DNA of 64,000 nt, taken from Mobula hypostoma (lineage: Eukaryota). This document shows, one piece after another, positions 50,601 through 61,731 of this stretch (its first letter is position 1; each line of letters opens with the position of its first letter). Below the pieces are notes generated by a model. It was given only the letters and a program-made list of their open reading frames with translations. It made no database searches and had not been told where the DNA came from. The translations under genes were made by a program, and so were the position numbers. Location: positions 113,772,001 to 113,836,000 of the forward strand of contig NC_086097.1 in the NCBI RefSeq assembly GCF_963921235.1, written 5' to 3'.

Positions 50601-53600
50601 AATGGTTGGGGGGTGGGAATCAAATTAAAGAGGCTAGGTGTGAGGAGGTTAGTTCACAACAGAGGGATGGGAACCAGTGCAGAGAGACAGAGGGGTGTAA
50701 AGTGAGCGTAGAAGCAAAAAGTACAAAGGGGAAAAGTAAAAGTGGCAGGCCGACAAATCCAGGGCAAGCATTAAAAAGGGCTAAGAGAGTTGTAAAAGAG
50801 CGCCTGAAGGCTTTATGTGTCAATGCAAGGAGCATTCGTAATAAGGTGGATGAATTGAAAGTGCAGATTGTTATTAATGATTATGATATAGTTGGGATCA
50901 CAGAGACATGGCTCCAGGGTGACCAGGGATGGGAGCTCAACATTCAGGGATATTCAATATTCAGGAGGGATAGACATGAAGGAAGGGGAGGTGGGGTGGC
51001 GTTGCTGGTTAAAAAAGAGATTAACGCAATAGAAAGGAAGGACATAAGCCGGGAAGATGTGGAATCGAAATGGGTAGAGCTGCGTAACACTAAGGGGCAG
51101 AAGACGCTGGTGGGAGTTGTGTACAGGCCACCTAACAGTAGTAGTGAGGTCGGAGATGGTATTAAACAGGAAATTAGAAATGTGTGCAATAAAGGAACAG
51201 CAGTTATAATGGGTGACTTCAATCTACATGTAGACTGGGTGAACCAAATTGGTAAAGGTGCTGAGGAAGAGGATTTCTTGGAATGTATGCGGGATGGTTT
51301 TTTGAACCAACATGTCGAGGAACCGACTAGAGAGCAGGCTATTCTGGACTGGGTTTTGAGCAATGAGGAAGGGTTAATTAGCGATCTTGTTGTGAGAGGC
51401 CCCTTGGGTAAGAGTGACCATAATATGCTGGAATTCTTCATTAACATGGAGAGTGACATAGTTAATTCAGAAACAAAGGTTCTGAACTTAAAGAGGGGTA
51501 ACTTTGAAGGTATGAGTCGTGAATTAGCTAAGATAGACTGGCAAATGACACTTAAAGGATTGACGGTGGATATGCAATGGCAAGCATTTAAAGGTTGCAT
51601 GGATGAACTACAACAATTGTTCATCCCAGTTTGGCAAAAGAATAAATCAAGGAAGGTAGTGCACCCGTGGCTGACAAGAGAAATTAGGGATAGTATCAAT
51701 TCCAAAGAAGTAGCATACAAATTAGCCAGAGAAAGTGGCTCACCTGAGGACTGGGAGAAATTCAGAGTTCAGCAGAGGAGGACAAAGGGCTTAATTAGGA
51801 AGGGGAAAAAAGATTATGAGAGAAAACTGGCAGAGAACATAAAAACGGACTGTAAAAGCTTTTATAGATATGTAAAAAGGAAAAGACTGATAAAGACAAA
51901 TGTAGGTCCCCTGCAGCCAGAAACAGGTGAATTGATTATGGGGAGCAAGGACATGGCAGACCAATTGAATAATTACTTTGGTTCTGTCTTCACTAAGGAG
52001 GACATAAATAATCTTCCAGAAATAGTAAGGGACAGAGGGTCCAGTGAGATGGAGGAACTGAGTGAAATACATGTTAGTAGGGAAGTGGTGTTAGGTAAAT
52101 TGAAGGGATTGAAGGCAGATAAATCCCCAGGGCCAGATGGTCTGCATCCCAGAGTGCTTAAGGAAGTAGCCCAAGAAATAGTGGATGCATTAGTGATAAT
52201 TTTTCAAAACTCGTTAGATTCTGGACTAGTTCCTGAGGATTGCAGGGTGGCTAATGTAACCCCACTTTTTAAAAAAGGAGGGAGAGAGAAACCAGGGAAT
52301 TATAGGTCGGTTAGCCTAACGTCGGTGGTGGGGAAACTGCTGGAGTCAGTTATCAAGGATGTGATAACAGCACATTTGGAAAGCGGTGAAATGATCGGAC
52401 AAAGTCAGCATGGATTTGTGAAAGGAAAATCATGTCTGACGAATCTCATAGAATTTTTTGAGGATGTAACTAGTAGAGTGGATAGGAGAGAACCAGTGGA
52501 TGTGGTATATTTGGATTTTCAAAAGGCTTTTGACAAGGTCCCACACAGGAGATTAGTGTGCAAACTTAAAGCACACGGTATTGGGGGTAAGGTATTGGTG
52601 TGGGTGGAGAATTGGTTAGCAGACAGGAAGCAAAGAGTGGGAATAAACGGGACCTTTTCAGAATGGCAGGCGGTGACTAGTGGGGTACCGCAAGGCTCAG
52701 TGCTGGGACCCCAGTTGTTTACAATATATATTAATGACTTGGATGAGGGAATTAAGTGCAGCATCTCCAAGTTTGCGGATGACACGAAGCTGGGTGGCAG
52801 TGTTAGCAGTGCGGAGGATGCTAAGAGGATGCAGGGTGACTTGGATAGGTTGGGTGAGTGGGCAAACTCATGGCAGATGCAATTTAATGTGGATAAATGT
52901 GAAGTTATCCACTTTGGTGGCAAAAATAGGAAAACAGATTATTATCTGAATGGTGGCCGATTAGGAAAAGGGGAGGTGCAACGAGACCTGGGTGTCATTA
53001 TACACCAGTCATTGAAAGTGGGCATGCAGGTACAGCAGAAGGTGAAAAAGGCGAACGGTATGCTGGCATTTATAGCGAGAGGATTCGAGTACAGGAGCAG
53101 GGAGGTACTACTGCAGTTGTACAAGGCCTTGGTGAGACCACACCTGGAGTATTGTGTGCAGTTTTGGTCCCCTAATCTGAGGAAAGACATCTTTGCCATA
53201 GAGGGAGTACAAAGAAGGTTCACCAGATTGATTCCTGGGATGGCAGGTCTTTCATATGAAGAAAGACTGGATGAACTGGGCTTGTACTCGTTGGAATTTA
53301 GAAGATTGAGGGGGGATCTGATTGAAACGTATAAGATCCTAAAGGGATTGGACAGGCTAGATGCGGGAAGATTGTTCCCGATGTTGGGGAGGTCCAGAAC
53401 GAGGGGTCACAGTTTGAGGATAGAGGGGAAGCCTTTTAGGACCGAGATTAGGAAAAACTTCTTCACACAGAGAGTGGTGAATCTGTGGAATTCTCTGCCA
53501 CAGCAAACTGTTGAGGCCGGTTCATTGGCTGTGTTTAAGAGGAAGTTAGATATGGCCCTTGTGGCTACAGGGGTCAGGGGGTATGGAGGGAAGGCTGGGT

Positions 53601-53704
53601 TCTGAGTTGGATGATCAGCCATGATCATAATAAATGGCGGTGCAGGCTCGAAGGGCCGAATGGCCTACTCCTGCACCTATTTTCTATGTTTCTATGTTTC
53701 TATG
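49765..53704 (+). mobile_element. Young CR1 LINE, slightly 5'-truncated, in a CNDP2 intron (antisense to the gene)
   Basis: Open ORF1 remnant and ORF2, a 3' UTR, and a (TTCTATGT)3 tail. Confidence 0.95.
50606..53605 (+). CDS. CR1 ORF2 endonuclease / reverse transcriptase, 999-aa open frame
   Basis: EN motifs NARS, GITETWL, YRPP, GDFN and SDH. RT motifs DFQKAFDKV, GVPQGSVLGP and FADD. No stops. Confidence 0.93.
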   Translation: MGGGNQIKEARCEEVSSQQRDGNQCRETEGCKVSVEAKSTKGKSKSGRPTNPGQALKRAKRVVKERLKALCVNARSIRNKVDELKVQIVINDYDIVGITETWLQGDQGWELNIQGYSIFRRDRHEGRGGGVALLVKKEINAIERKDISREDVESKWVELRNTKGQKTLVGVVYRPPNSSSEVGDGIKQEIRNVCNKGTAVIMGDFNLHVDWVNQIGKGAEEEDFLECMRDGFLNQHVEEPTREQAILDWVLSNEEGLISDLVVRGPLGKSDHNMLEFFINMESDIVNSETKVLNLKRGNFEGMSRELAKIDWQMTLKGLTVDMQWQAFKGCMDELQQLFIPVWQKNKSRKVVHPWLTREIRDSINSKEVAYKLARESGSPEDWEKFRVQQRRTKGLIRKGKKDYERKLAENIKTDCKSFYRYVKRKRLIKTNVGPLQPETGELIMGSKDMADQLNNYFGSVFTKEDINNLPEIVRDRGSSEMEELSEIHVSREVVLGKLKGLKADKSPGPDGLHPRVLKEVAQEIVDALVIIFQNSLDSGLVPEDCRVANVTPLFKKGGREKPGNYRSVSLTSVVGKLLESVIKDVITAHLESGEMIGQSQHGFVKGKSCLTNLIEFFEDVTSRVDRREPVDVVYLDFQKAFDKVPHRRLVCKLKAHGIGGKVLVWVENWLADRKQRVGINGTFSEWQAVTSGVPQGSVLGPQLFTIYINDLDEGIKCSISKFADDTKLGGSVSSAEDAKRMQGDLDRLGEWANSWQMQFNVDKCEVIHFGGKNRKTDYYLNGGRLGKGEVQRDLGVIIHQSLKVGMQVQQKVKKANGMLAFIARGFEYRSREVLLQLYKALVRPHLEYCVQFWSPNLRKDIFAIEGVQRRFTRLIPGMAGLSYEERLDELGLYSLEFRRLRGDLIETYKILKGLDRLDAGRLFPMLGRSRTRGHSLRIEGKPFRTEIRKNFFTQRVVNLWNSLPQQTVEAGSLAVFKRKLDMALVATGVRGYGGKAGF

Positions 53705-56199
53705 AACTGTGCTATGAACATGTCTTGAGACAATCACAGGAATGTGATGTTAGAGTAGGAATGTGTTACAAACACAGAGTACCAAGTAGCAGTCCCATCT
53801 CCATTAAAAAAAATGATGTTATACCATGGAAATCACTGAAAAGTTCACTTTCAAAGTTAACCTTCAAGGTTTGATACACCCACTTAAAGATAATATCAGA
53901 GGAATCCTGGCTACGACTGCAAGATGGCACTGAGCTGCAACCTTCATCTAGATCATGACTCAGACTTAGTTGTTTTCTTAGTTTCGTAGGAATGATTTTG
54001 GGGAACGGCAGGGGAGTTAGGGGTCAGGTTATAGTTCAGGTACAGGATGTGCAGGTCAGGAATGTGGAAGAGTTAAGGGTCAGGCCTCTGTTTCGCACTC
54101 TGCGTTCCAAGTCCGAGCCTCTACTTGACAATCAAAGGCCAGAGACCAAGAGTATACGTGATCAGGTAAAACACAGGGAGGCACGAGAACTGGTAGGCCA
54201 GCAGGAGTTTGGTGTCCTTTCACTGGCTAATGCAAAGGTCAATATCGAAGACTGGAGCATGAAGGTCAACCAGCGGTCCAGAATTGAAGCCTGAAAGCTG
54301 GTTTAGAGACTGGAGACTGGTGGCCTGTCCTGGAGTTGGAGGATTATCTGTTTGCATGTTGGTGGGTGGGTGGCAGGAAAGGGACTTGTTTTGCAGTTGT
54401 TGTTTTGTTGTCTGTTGTTCTGCCAAGCATTACGGGCAGGCTACGTTGGCGCTAGAATGTGTGGCAGCACTTGTAGGTGCGTTGATTGTAAACGCAAATG
54501 GCACATTTCACTGTATGTTTCTATGTACTTGTGATAAATACACCTGAATGGGCAGGTAAGAAAAACTACCACTGTGTTTGCAAGTGTCCCTTGACCCACT
54601 CCTCAGTTAAATAATACACGGAGGAAAGAGCAGGTTGCTTTACTAGACCTTTTAGTTGTGGTCCCAAAACTAATTACTAAGAACTGTATTGAGGTTGTTG
54701 CCAGCACAATTCCAGCTGCATTGTTAATTAATTCCATTAAGAACACAGAGCAAAGATAGAAACAAGCCCGTGAAAGAAACAAAAAAATAAATCATTAATT
54801 CTTACAGCATGTTGTTCAATGGCATTATCACATCATTGATATCAGACTCAAATAATTCAGTTAATTCAGCTTTGAGGCAGAGACATAAGACCTTTGTACT
54901 CTTTTTAAGATGTGGGCTGTTTACTCTCAGTCTCATGCTCAGCAAATCTACCCTCTAAAGGCACCCATGGGAAATCAAAATATGCTGGTAGTAAGGAGGT
55001 GATTAAAATAAAGCAACAAATCTTAATTAACTCACTTTGGACGCTGATCGAAACCTGGACGGAAGGCTTAGAAACATTATTACCCCTTAATCATCAGGCT
55101 CTTGAACCTGAGGGAATAACTTCAATCACTCCAACAATGAACTGATTCTACAATCTATGGATTCACTCTAGAACTCATGTTCTTGATATTTATTTTTTTT
55201 TCTTTTTGCACTTACATAGTTTGTTGCCTTTTGCACATTGGTTGTTTGTCATGTGCAGTTCTTCACTGACTCTATGATGGTTCCTTCCATCTGTGAATGC
55301 CCACAAGAAAATGAATCACTGGTGACATGTATCTACTTTGATAATAAATTTACTTTGAACTCATTTGGTTGGCAAAGAGTAACCAATGGAATTCCGAGGA
55401 AACGTCTACTTCAGCATTTCCTTTAGCATTAATAATTTACAACAAATATTGTAAAGGAAATTCCTAATTGCACTACTCTCATGCCCTGTCTCAATCAATA
55501 TAATTAACATGTCCCCAACTTCAGGAATGAGGAGGGAGTGCAAACCTTCTAGATTTATCCTGAAAACAGCCTGTTAAACACATCTTCGTTTAAATTTAAT
55601 TCTCTATGTCACTGGTTTCCAAAACACTTTCTTAAAAAAGAACAGTCTAACCAGAAACATGGCAGATATTTTAGAATGGATAGGCAGGTTTCGGTGCATG
55701 TGCAGGTGCTTGAACTACTGGGTCTCGTATCAGAAGAGTGCAGAAAAATGAAACACAACAGATGTTGTCAGAAACACTCAGCCTCCAAGCTGCACTTGTG
55801 GGGAAAAGCTAACTTTTAATTATGAGTCTTTGTCAAGACAGAAAACTGTGTAGTAATGTAATGTATGTACGTATGAGGACAAGAGGAAAGTAATGAAGGG
55901 TCAGAAGATGAAAGGGAATGGGAAGGAAGTTGTTGAACAGCAGTCTCATATGTGGCCGACTTAGCTTTTTTTAAAAAAAGTAACCATAATCTAGTGGTGA
56001 CAAGCTCTCACATGCCTCTAACCCCTTTGTTGCAAATGACTGCATTCTCCTTGGTGTTTTAATTGCTGACAGTTTCAAAAAAAAACAGGATATGGCTACC
56101 ATGAAGTATGTCACAAGGTGCTGAACAGAATAAGTTTCCAGTGTTAAGTACTTCCTCCTCAAAACTACTGTCTCAGACAAGTGTAAAATCATAGCCAGA

Positions 56200-57270
56200 G
56201 TCATAGAGAAGTACACCCCAGAAACAGGCTCTCTAGTCTCCATTTCAAAACCATCTAAACTACCTCCTCCCATCGACCTGCGCTGGGACCACAGCCTTCC
56301 AGATCTCTACTATCCAAACCTCTTTTAAATGTTGTCATCAAACTCACAAGCACCACTTACACTGGCAGCACTCACAACCCTCTGACTGAAGAAGTTTCCC
56401 TTCATGTTCCCCTGAAATTTTTCACCTTTCACTCTTAACCCAGGACCCCTGGTTGTAGTCCCACTCAACTTCAGTGGAAAAACACATACAGAATGCTGGA
56501 GAACCTCAGCAGGCCAGGCAGCATCTTTTTTCCATAGACGCTGCTTGGCCTGCTGAATTCCTCCAGCATTTTGTGTGCGTTGCTTGGATCTCCAGCATCT
56601 GCAGATTTTCTCATGTTCAGTGGAAAAAACTTACTTGCATTTACCCTATCTATATCCCTCATAATTCTGCATACCTCTATCAAATCTCCTCTCAATCTTC
56701 TATTTTCTAAAGAATACAGTCCTAATCTATTCAGTCTTTCCTTCTAACTCAGGTCCTCGAGACCCAGCAACATCCTTGTAAATATTCTCTGCACTCTTTC
56801 AACCTTATTTACATCTTTCCTAAAGGTAGGTGAACAGAACTGCACACAAAACTGCAAATTAGGCCTCACCAACGTCTTGTACAACTTCAATATAACATCC
56901 CAACTCTTGTATTCAATACACTGATTTATGAAGGCCAATGTGCCTAAAGTTTTTTTACACCCCTATCTACCTGTGGCACTACTTTCAATGAATTATGGAG
57001 CTGTATTCCCAGATCCCTTTGTTCTACCACACTCCTCAGTGTCCAGCTGTTCACTGTGTAAGACCTACCCTGGTTGGTCCAACCGAAGTTCAAAATCTCG
57101 CACTTGTCGGTATTAAATTCCATCTGCCATTTGCCAGACAGTCCAGAGCCCTCTCCAAGCCGTGAAGTCTTTCTCGCTGTCCACTACACCCCCAATCCTG
57201 GTGTCTTCTGCAAATCCGCTGATCTAGTTGACCACATTATCATCCAGATCGTTGATACAGATGACAAGCA
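56200..57270 (-). mobile_element. CR1 3' fragment, decayed
   Basis: AFINQCIEYKSWDVILKLYKTLVRPNL and MRGDLIEVCRIMR. Confidence 0.75.
56483..56615. mobile_element. Penelope-derived hairpin mini-element inside a CR1 fragment
   Basis: 13-bp TSD ttcagtggaaaaa (56470-56482, 56616-56628) and an imperfect internal inverted repeat. Confidence 0.8.
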
Positions 57271-58214
57271 ACAGCGTGGTGGCATTAATCCAATTCAACA
57301 ACATCGGGTTCCGATTTAACCTCCACTAATAGGTCTTTGCAGATTGAATTAAAGATCAATCACTACATAGCTTCTTCACTAATTTGATGACTATGGGGAG
57401 AAGGGTACAGCATGCATTATGGTAATGGTCTAACAAGCCAGAAATAAGAGAGAGAAAATCTAATAATCTAAATGTAGCAATTGTAAACTAATAGTAGGCA
57501 GCCTCGTTCAGAACTCTCACAAAAGATTCAGCAAAATACCTACCATGCAACTGCATTCTGGGCCAGACAGATCATTGACTTTCAGAATACTCTGGACATG
57601 AGCAGTAAATAGTGCAATGTCAATGGCGTTCACAATCTCACTAAATAAAAAATATTTGGTGCCCATAGGATATCTCAAAGCTCTTTACAACCAAAGGATT
57701 ACATCTGAGATGCAGTTGCTGCTTTGAGGGTAAACGCACACAATAGTTGCACACGTTACGGGCCCACTAAAAGAATGATATGGATGATTGTCAGGAACTG
57801 CACCACCAGTCTTAGGAACAGTTATTACCCCTCAACCATCAGGCTTTTGAACCAAAGGAGATAACTTCCTTTGCTCCATCACTGAAATATTCTCACAGCC
57901 TATGGATGAACTTTCAAGGCCACTTCATCTATTCTCAATATTTATTGTTATTTTATCTCTCTTTTTACATTTGCACTATTTGTTGATTTTTTTTTGCACA
58001 ATGCTTGTTGTCCATCTTGTATTGTTTGTTGATTCTGTTGTGTATCTTGTATTTATTGTGATATCTTGCAGTTGTTACATGTGGTGACATATATGTACTC
58101 TAATAAGTTTACCTTAAATTTTGAACTTTGCTGGGAAGAATGAAGAGAAGCAAATAACGAAAAGATGATTCTCTCGGGGTACAGGAACAGAGAGGCTTGG
58201 AATGATACATATAT

Positions 58215-58557
58215 TGTGTACAAGATGATGAGAGGCATTGATCGTGTGGATAGTCAGAGACTTTTTCCCAGGGCTGAAATGGCTAGCATGAGAGGCCACA
58301 GTTTTAAGATGCTTGGAAGAAGGAAGAGGAGATGTCAGGGGTAAGTTTTTTATGCAGGGAGTGGTGAGTGCATGGAATGGGCTGCCGGCGATGGTGGTGG
58401 AAACAGATAAGTTAGGGTCTTTTAAGAGACTCCTGGATCGCCTCATGGAGCTTAGAAAAATACAGGGCTATGGGTAACCCTAGGTAATTTCTAAGGTAAG
58501 TACATGTTCAGCACAGCTTTGTGGGCTGAAGGGCCTGTATTGTTTCTATGTTTCTAT
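58215..58557 (+). mobile_element. CR1 3'-end fragment
   Basis: Homologous to 35255-35617, ending tttctatgtttctat. Confidence 0.75.
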
Positions 58558-58936
58558 AATGAAGTTGCAGGAACGGGTAATGTGAGCCTGGACACTGGTC
58601 ATGCTCTCTTCCACTACAGCCATCAGGAAGGTGGTACCGGAGCCTCAGGGCCCACACCACCAGTTTCAGAAACAATTATTACCTCTCAACCATCAGCCCT
58701 TTGAACCAAAGAGGATAACCTCACTCGCTCATCATTGAAATGTTCCCACAACCTATGGATTCACTCTTCATCTCATGTTCTTGATTTTTATTGCTTATTT
58801 ATTATTTTTTTTGTATTTGCACAGTTTGTGGTCTTTTGCACACTGGTTGAACACCCAAGCTGTGCAGTATTTCATTGATTCCATCATGGATTTATTGAGT
58901 ATGTTCACAAGAACATTAATCTCAGAGTTGTATATA

Positions 58937-60411
58937 CAGTGCCTATAAAAATATTCAGCACCTTTGGGAGTTTTCATGTTTTATGGTTTTACAACAGTGA
59001 ATCACTGTGCAACTAAATTGGCTTTTTTGACAGCAATCAACAGAAAAAGTGAAAACAGATCTCTACAAAGTTATCTAAATTAATTACAAATATAAACCAC
59101 AAGATAATTGATTGCATAAATATTCACTACCGCCCCCCCCCCCGCCAAATATGACACACCAAATCATCACTGGTGCAGCCAACTGGTTTTAGAAGTCACA
59201 TAATTAGTTAAATGGAGATCTGTTTTTAGAGATCTGTGTGCAGACAAGGTGAAGTATAAATACACCTGGATCAGGATGGTCCAACTGCTGGTGAGTCAGT
59301 ATCCTGACAAAATCTACACCATGAAGACAAAAGGACACTCCAAGCTACTCCACATAAAGGTTACTGAAAAGCACAAGCAAGGAGATGGATACAAGAAAAT
59401 TTCTAAGTCACTGAACATTCCTTGGAGTACAGTCAAGTCAGTCATCAAGAAATGGAAAGAACATGGTGGAGTTAGCTGTAAATCTGCCCAGAGCAGGCCA
59501 TCCTCAAAAACTGAGTGACTGTGCAGGAAGGGGACTAGTGAGGGAGGCCACCAAGAGACCGTGAAAACTCTGGAGGAGTTACAAGCTTCAGTGGCTGCGA
59601 TGGGAGAGACTGCGCATATGCCAACTGTTGCCTGGGTGCTTCACCAGTCACAGTTTAACGAGAGAGTGGCAAAGAGAAAGCCACTGTTGTTAAAAAAAAA
59701 CTCACATAAAATCTTGGCTAGAGTTTGCCAGAAAGCATGTGGGAGACTCTCAAGTCAGCTGGAAGAAGGTTCTATGGTCTGATGAAACCAAAATTGTGCT
59801 TCTTGGCCATTACACTAAACACTACGTTTGGCCTAAGCTAAACACTGCACATCATCAAAAATACATAACCCCTACCGTGAAGCATGGTGGTGACTGCATC
59901 ATGCTGTGGGGGTGCTTCACTGCAACAGGCCCTGGAAGGCTTGTGAAAGTAGAGGGTAAAATGAATGCAGCAAAATACAGGGAAATCCTAGAGGGACACC
60001 TGACGCAGTCTGCAAGAGAACTGCGACTTGGGAGAAGATTTGTTTTCCGGCAAGACAATGACCCAAGCACAAGGCCAAAGCTACAAAGGAATGGCTTAAA
60101 AACAACAAAGTTAATGTCCTGAAGTGGCCAAATCAGAGTCCAGACCTCAATCCCATTGAGAATTTGTGTCTGGACTTGAAAAGGGCTGTTCACGCATGAC
60201 CCCAATGAAATCTGACAGGGCTTGAGCAGGTTTGTAAAGATGAATTGGGAAAAATAACAGTGTCTAGATGTGCAAAGCTGTTAGAGACCTATTCACACAG
60301 ACTCAAGGCTGTAATTGCTGACAAAGGTACATCTACGAAATACTGACTTGAAGGGGGTGAATACTTATGCAATCAATTATTTTGTGTTTTATATTTGTAA
60401 TGATTTAGATA
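58937..60411 (+). mobile_element. Tc1 (IR/DR) transposon with a truncated right TIR
   Basis: Starts TA|cagtgcctataaaaatattca. 59071-59128 is the inverted match of 60354-60411. Confidence 0.88.
59321..60346 (+). pseudogene. Tc1 transposase, frameshifted
   Basis: MKTK...[38 protein letters not shown] and KGTSTKY*. Confidence 0.88.
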
Positions 60412-61731
60412 AGCCTCATTCAAACAGAAGAATGTTACACAAAAGTGTTGGCTAGGTTGTCTTAACAGGGATTTATAGTTTAAACCACTCCATTCAGCAG
60501 AAGGTATCTTAATAGATAATACCTCATTTTTCATAACATGTTCATTACTACCACCTCTTCAAGCGTTAAGCTACAAACAGTAGCTCGCCAGAGTCCTCTG
60601 TCCTGGGCCAGTCTTTCGAGCAGTCCCTCGGTTTAGCCCTTCTTTCAAGATCTTTCCTCTCCCAGGAGTGAGGTCTTTGGAGCTACTGCTGGTATTTCTG
60701 TAGCCTACGTCTTTACTGGATGGGATTGCTAGCCCCATGTCCAACCCTCCTCCTTTTGCAGCTGGACCTGGGACTGTCCTTGGTGGACTTAGAATGTTCA
60801 TCACAATTGAACAGTATTTTGTGTGCAGTTGAAGAAGAGAAAGCAAATTCTTTCTCACTTTGGAAAACAAGAGAGAACAGCTTTCCTCTCATTGCTCAAA
60901 TAATTGTCTTGCTGTTTGCCAACAACTGAAAATGATTCATTTTTAATAGAAATTGCAATTATGACCGAAAGCAGTGGGCAATTTTCACCCACATTTCTGG
61001 GGTGTTACGCTCAAGATGAGCTAAAATCTAAGTGCTCACGACAAAGGTTCTTGTTAGTTTGGTGCAGTCATAAGACTACACAATGCAATCTTATTTATCA
61101 CCGTTCCCCTGTAATCAGTGAAGTACTGATGATCTTTCATCTTTGATCAAAGGTTTGATCTTTCACTTTTCATCACTAAGCACATTTATAAAGAGCACTG
61201 GGAAAAGAAAGCAGCCTCTATCAGCAAAGCCATGCTCTCTGCTCGTAAACCAACATCGGGCTATCCATATAGCAGACTTGGGTCCAACGCCACCAGCTTC
61301 AGGGACAGTTATCACCCAACAACCATCCTAGGCTCCTGAACCAGTGTGGATAACTTCGTTCACTTCAACACTGAGCTGATCTCACAACCTTTCAACTCAC
61401 TTTCAAGGACTCTGTAACTTTGTATTATATAATTACATTTTTAAAATTATTTGCACAATTTGTTCTCTTTTGCACATTAGATGTTTGTCAAACTTTGTTA
61501 ATTACACTTTTTAATAAATTCTATATTATTTCTTTATCTTCCTGTAAATGCCTGCAAGAAAATTAATCTCTAAGTAGTATATGGTGATATACACTGTACA
61601 TCTTTTGATAATAAATTTACTTTGAACTTTGAACGCTTCGATTTAGGTAATTGAAGACAATCATGACTGAGTTTTAGTAATTCACCCACAGCGATGAAGG
61701 AAACAAAACGAAGCCACCATGTTCTTCATTA

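Noticed and set aside
50944..51720. 258-aa minus-strand ORF, repeated at 61762-62538, plus a 230-aa ORF at 62794-63486
   Set aside because: These are antisense shadows of CR1 ORF2 with no recognisable domain, and they recur only because the two copies are nearly identical.
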